A stretch of DNA of 64,000 nucleotides from Bispira polyomma. Lineage: Eukaryota. The notes under the pieces are model-generated. The model worked only from the letters and a program-made list of their open reading frames with translations. It did not search any database and was not told where the DNA came from. Shown piece after piece: positions 62,766 to 64,000 of the stretch. The stretch lies in assembly GCA_965649765.1 (NCBI GenBank), contig OZ287752.1, positions 62,682,001-62,746,000 on the forward strand, given 5' to 3'. Both the position numbers and the translations under genes were made by a program. How positions within the stretch are numbered: position 1 is the first letter of the stretch; the number at the start of each line of letters is the position of its first letter.

Positions 62766-64000
62766 AGTGATCTAAGCTCCACAGAGATACTACTCCATAA
62801 CATAAGGTCAACAATAGAGCAACCTCTATATCCAGCCATCTTGGTCGGTTTAACAGAGGAAACAAAAGGTAATATTAGGCGAATAATGTCCTGCATGCAT
62901 AAAATAAAACAACACTATGATTTTGTAGGCATTAACATTTCAGCAGCACAACACAAATTCAGTTTTAGTCCAAGTGGTTAGTAATGATTCATGGATGTTA
63001 ATATCATTAGGATCACCAAGCCCGGCTAAGTACAATGCATGTGCTAAAAGTTGGCCCAGTATTATGGACATGATAATCGATAATCTACCAGCGAGGTCAT
63101 GCTAAACGAGTGATAATGATAAAAAGGTGAGGGATACCTGCGGTCTTTTGGGTTTGTGTCCCTCACCACATTTATGTAAATAAATAATGTATATATAAGT
63201 CACTTGTGTGATGTAATAAAATTTTAAAGATCTTGTATGCTTGGTTTAATATACAAATTTTGGTCAATTTTGAATAAACTGGCCATTTCAATCAACATCT
63301 TGTGTTTTCATCTTAGTTTATAAATATTCCTGAATTTGAGCTGATATAAAATATAATATGACACACAAACTAAAATCAAGAATCCTATATTTAAAGCATA
63401 CTCAGATATATGAACTCAATAAATTAGTGTATGGGTTATTTTAAGTATTTACTAGTACTTAAAACAGATAATTTTGGTGACTGACAATCGTATTTTTGAA
63501 AAAAAAATTCGTAATTTGATGTTTACGTTTGACAAGGTCATATACCAGACACAAAGATTTTGTTATTAATGAGCATAACCTAGGGATGTCATCATTCCTT
63601 TTCTAATTCAGCTTTCATAGATTAACTTAAATATGGCGTCACTTTCTCAGTGTTTTTTTTTCTTTGTGGACACCAAAATTATACCTACATCACCTCAAAA
63701 TCCATGTAATTTATTTGGAGTTTTAATTGGACTTGGTATGGTTCGATAGGACTCTAAAATGTGATGACAATAGTAAGGCATGTTTGTAATAAAGCTGTCC
63801 AAGATATCTTGACAATCAACTCTATTCTATCCCTGCTTTAGATCTAGTGATGCATTTCCGCCTTGCATGATAGGCATTAGAAACTCTGATGATATTATTT
63901 TCAATCAAACTACTAATTCAGATTAGGAAAAAAATATATTATTGCAAATTTTTTTCCAAAATTAAATGTAACTCTATTTAAAAGTCTCTGTGAATTTTTT

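Overview
AT-rich eukaryotic DNA, most likely from an invertebrate animal (inferred from the repeat families), dominated by transposable elements. The only clear host genes are two tandem, intronless, ~87%-identical extended-SDR oxidoreductases (32430-33509, 44289-45368) inside a segmental duplication. The window holds at least five related tyrosine-recombinase (YR; DIRS/Ngaro-like) retroelement copies. One has intact gag, RT-RNaseH and YR ORFs (~36455-42148, minus), three are decayed (1-2197, 27110-28440, ~51590-55770), and one is a 1.3-kb non-coding derivative (7566-8899). Also present are a full-length but dead PIF/Harbinger transposon with a MITE derivative, L1/Tx1-like and L2/CR1-like LINE remnants, a tRNA-derived SINE with TSD, and mini/microsatellites. 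The most notable signals concern the YR family. (i) No long terminal repeats are visible, but a conserved covarying terminal hairpin is split across the two ends of the TSD-less 7566-8899 insertion, which implies a circular intermediate. (ii) A phase-1 splice donor is conserved in three diverged gag genes and can join in frame to acceptors ahead of YR and ahead of RT. (iii) gag and pol are in frame across a single UAG. (iv) Arrays of a TAAGGTYAMCTTA-like palindrome sit near element 3' ends. All calls are by-eye motif recognition, no database search was run, and boundaries of decayed elements are approximate.
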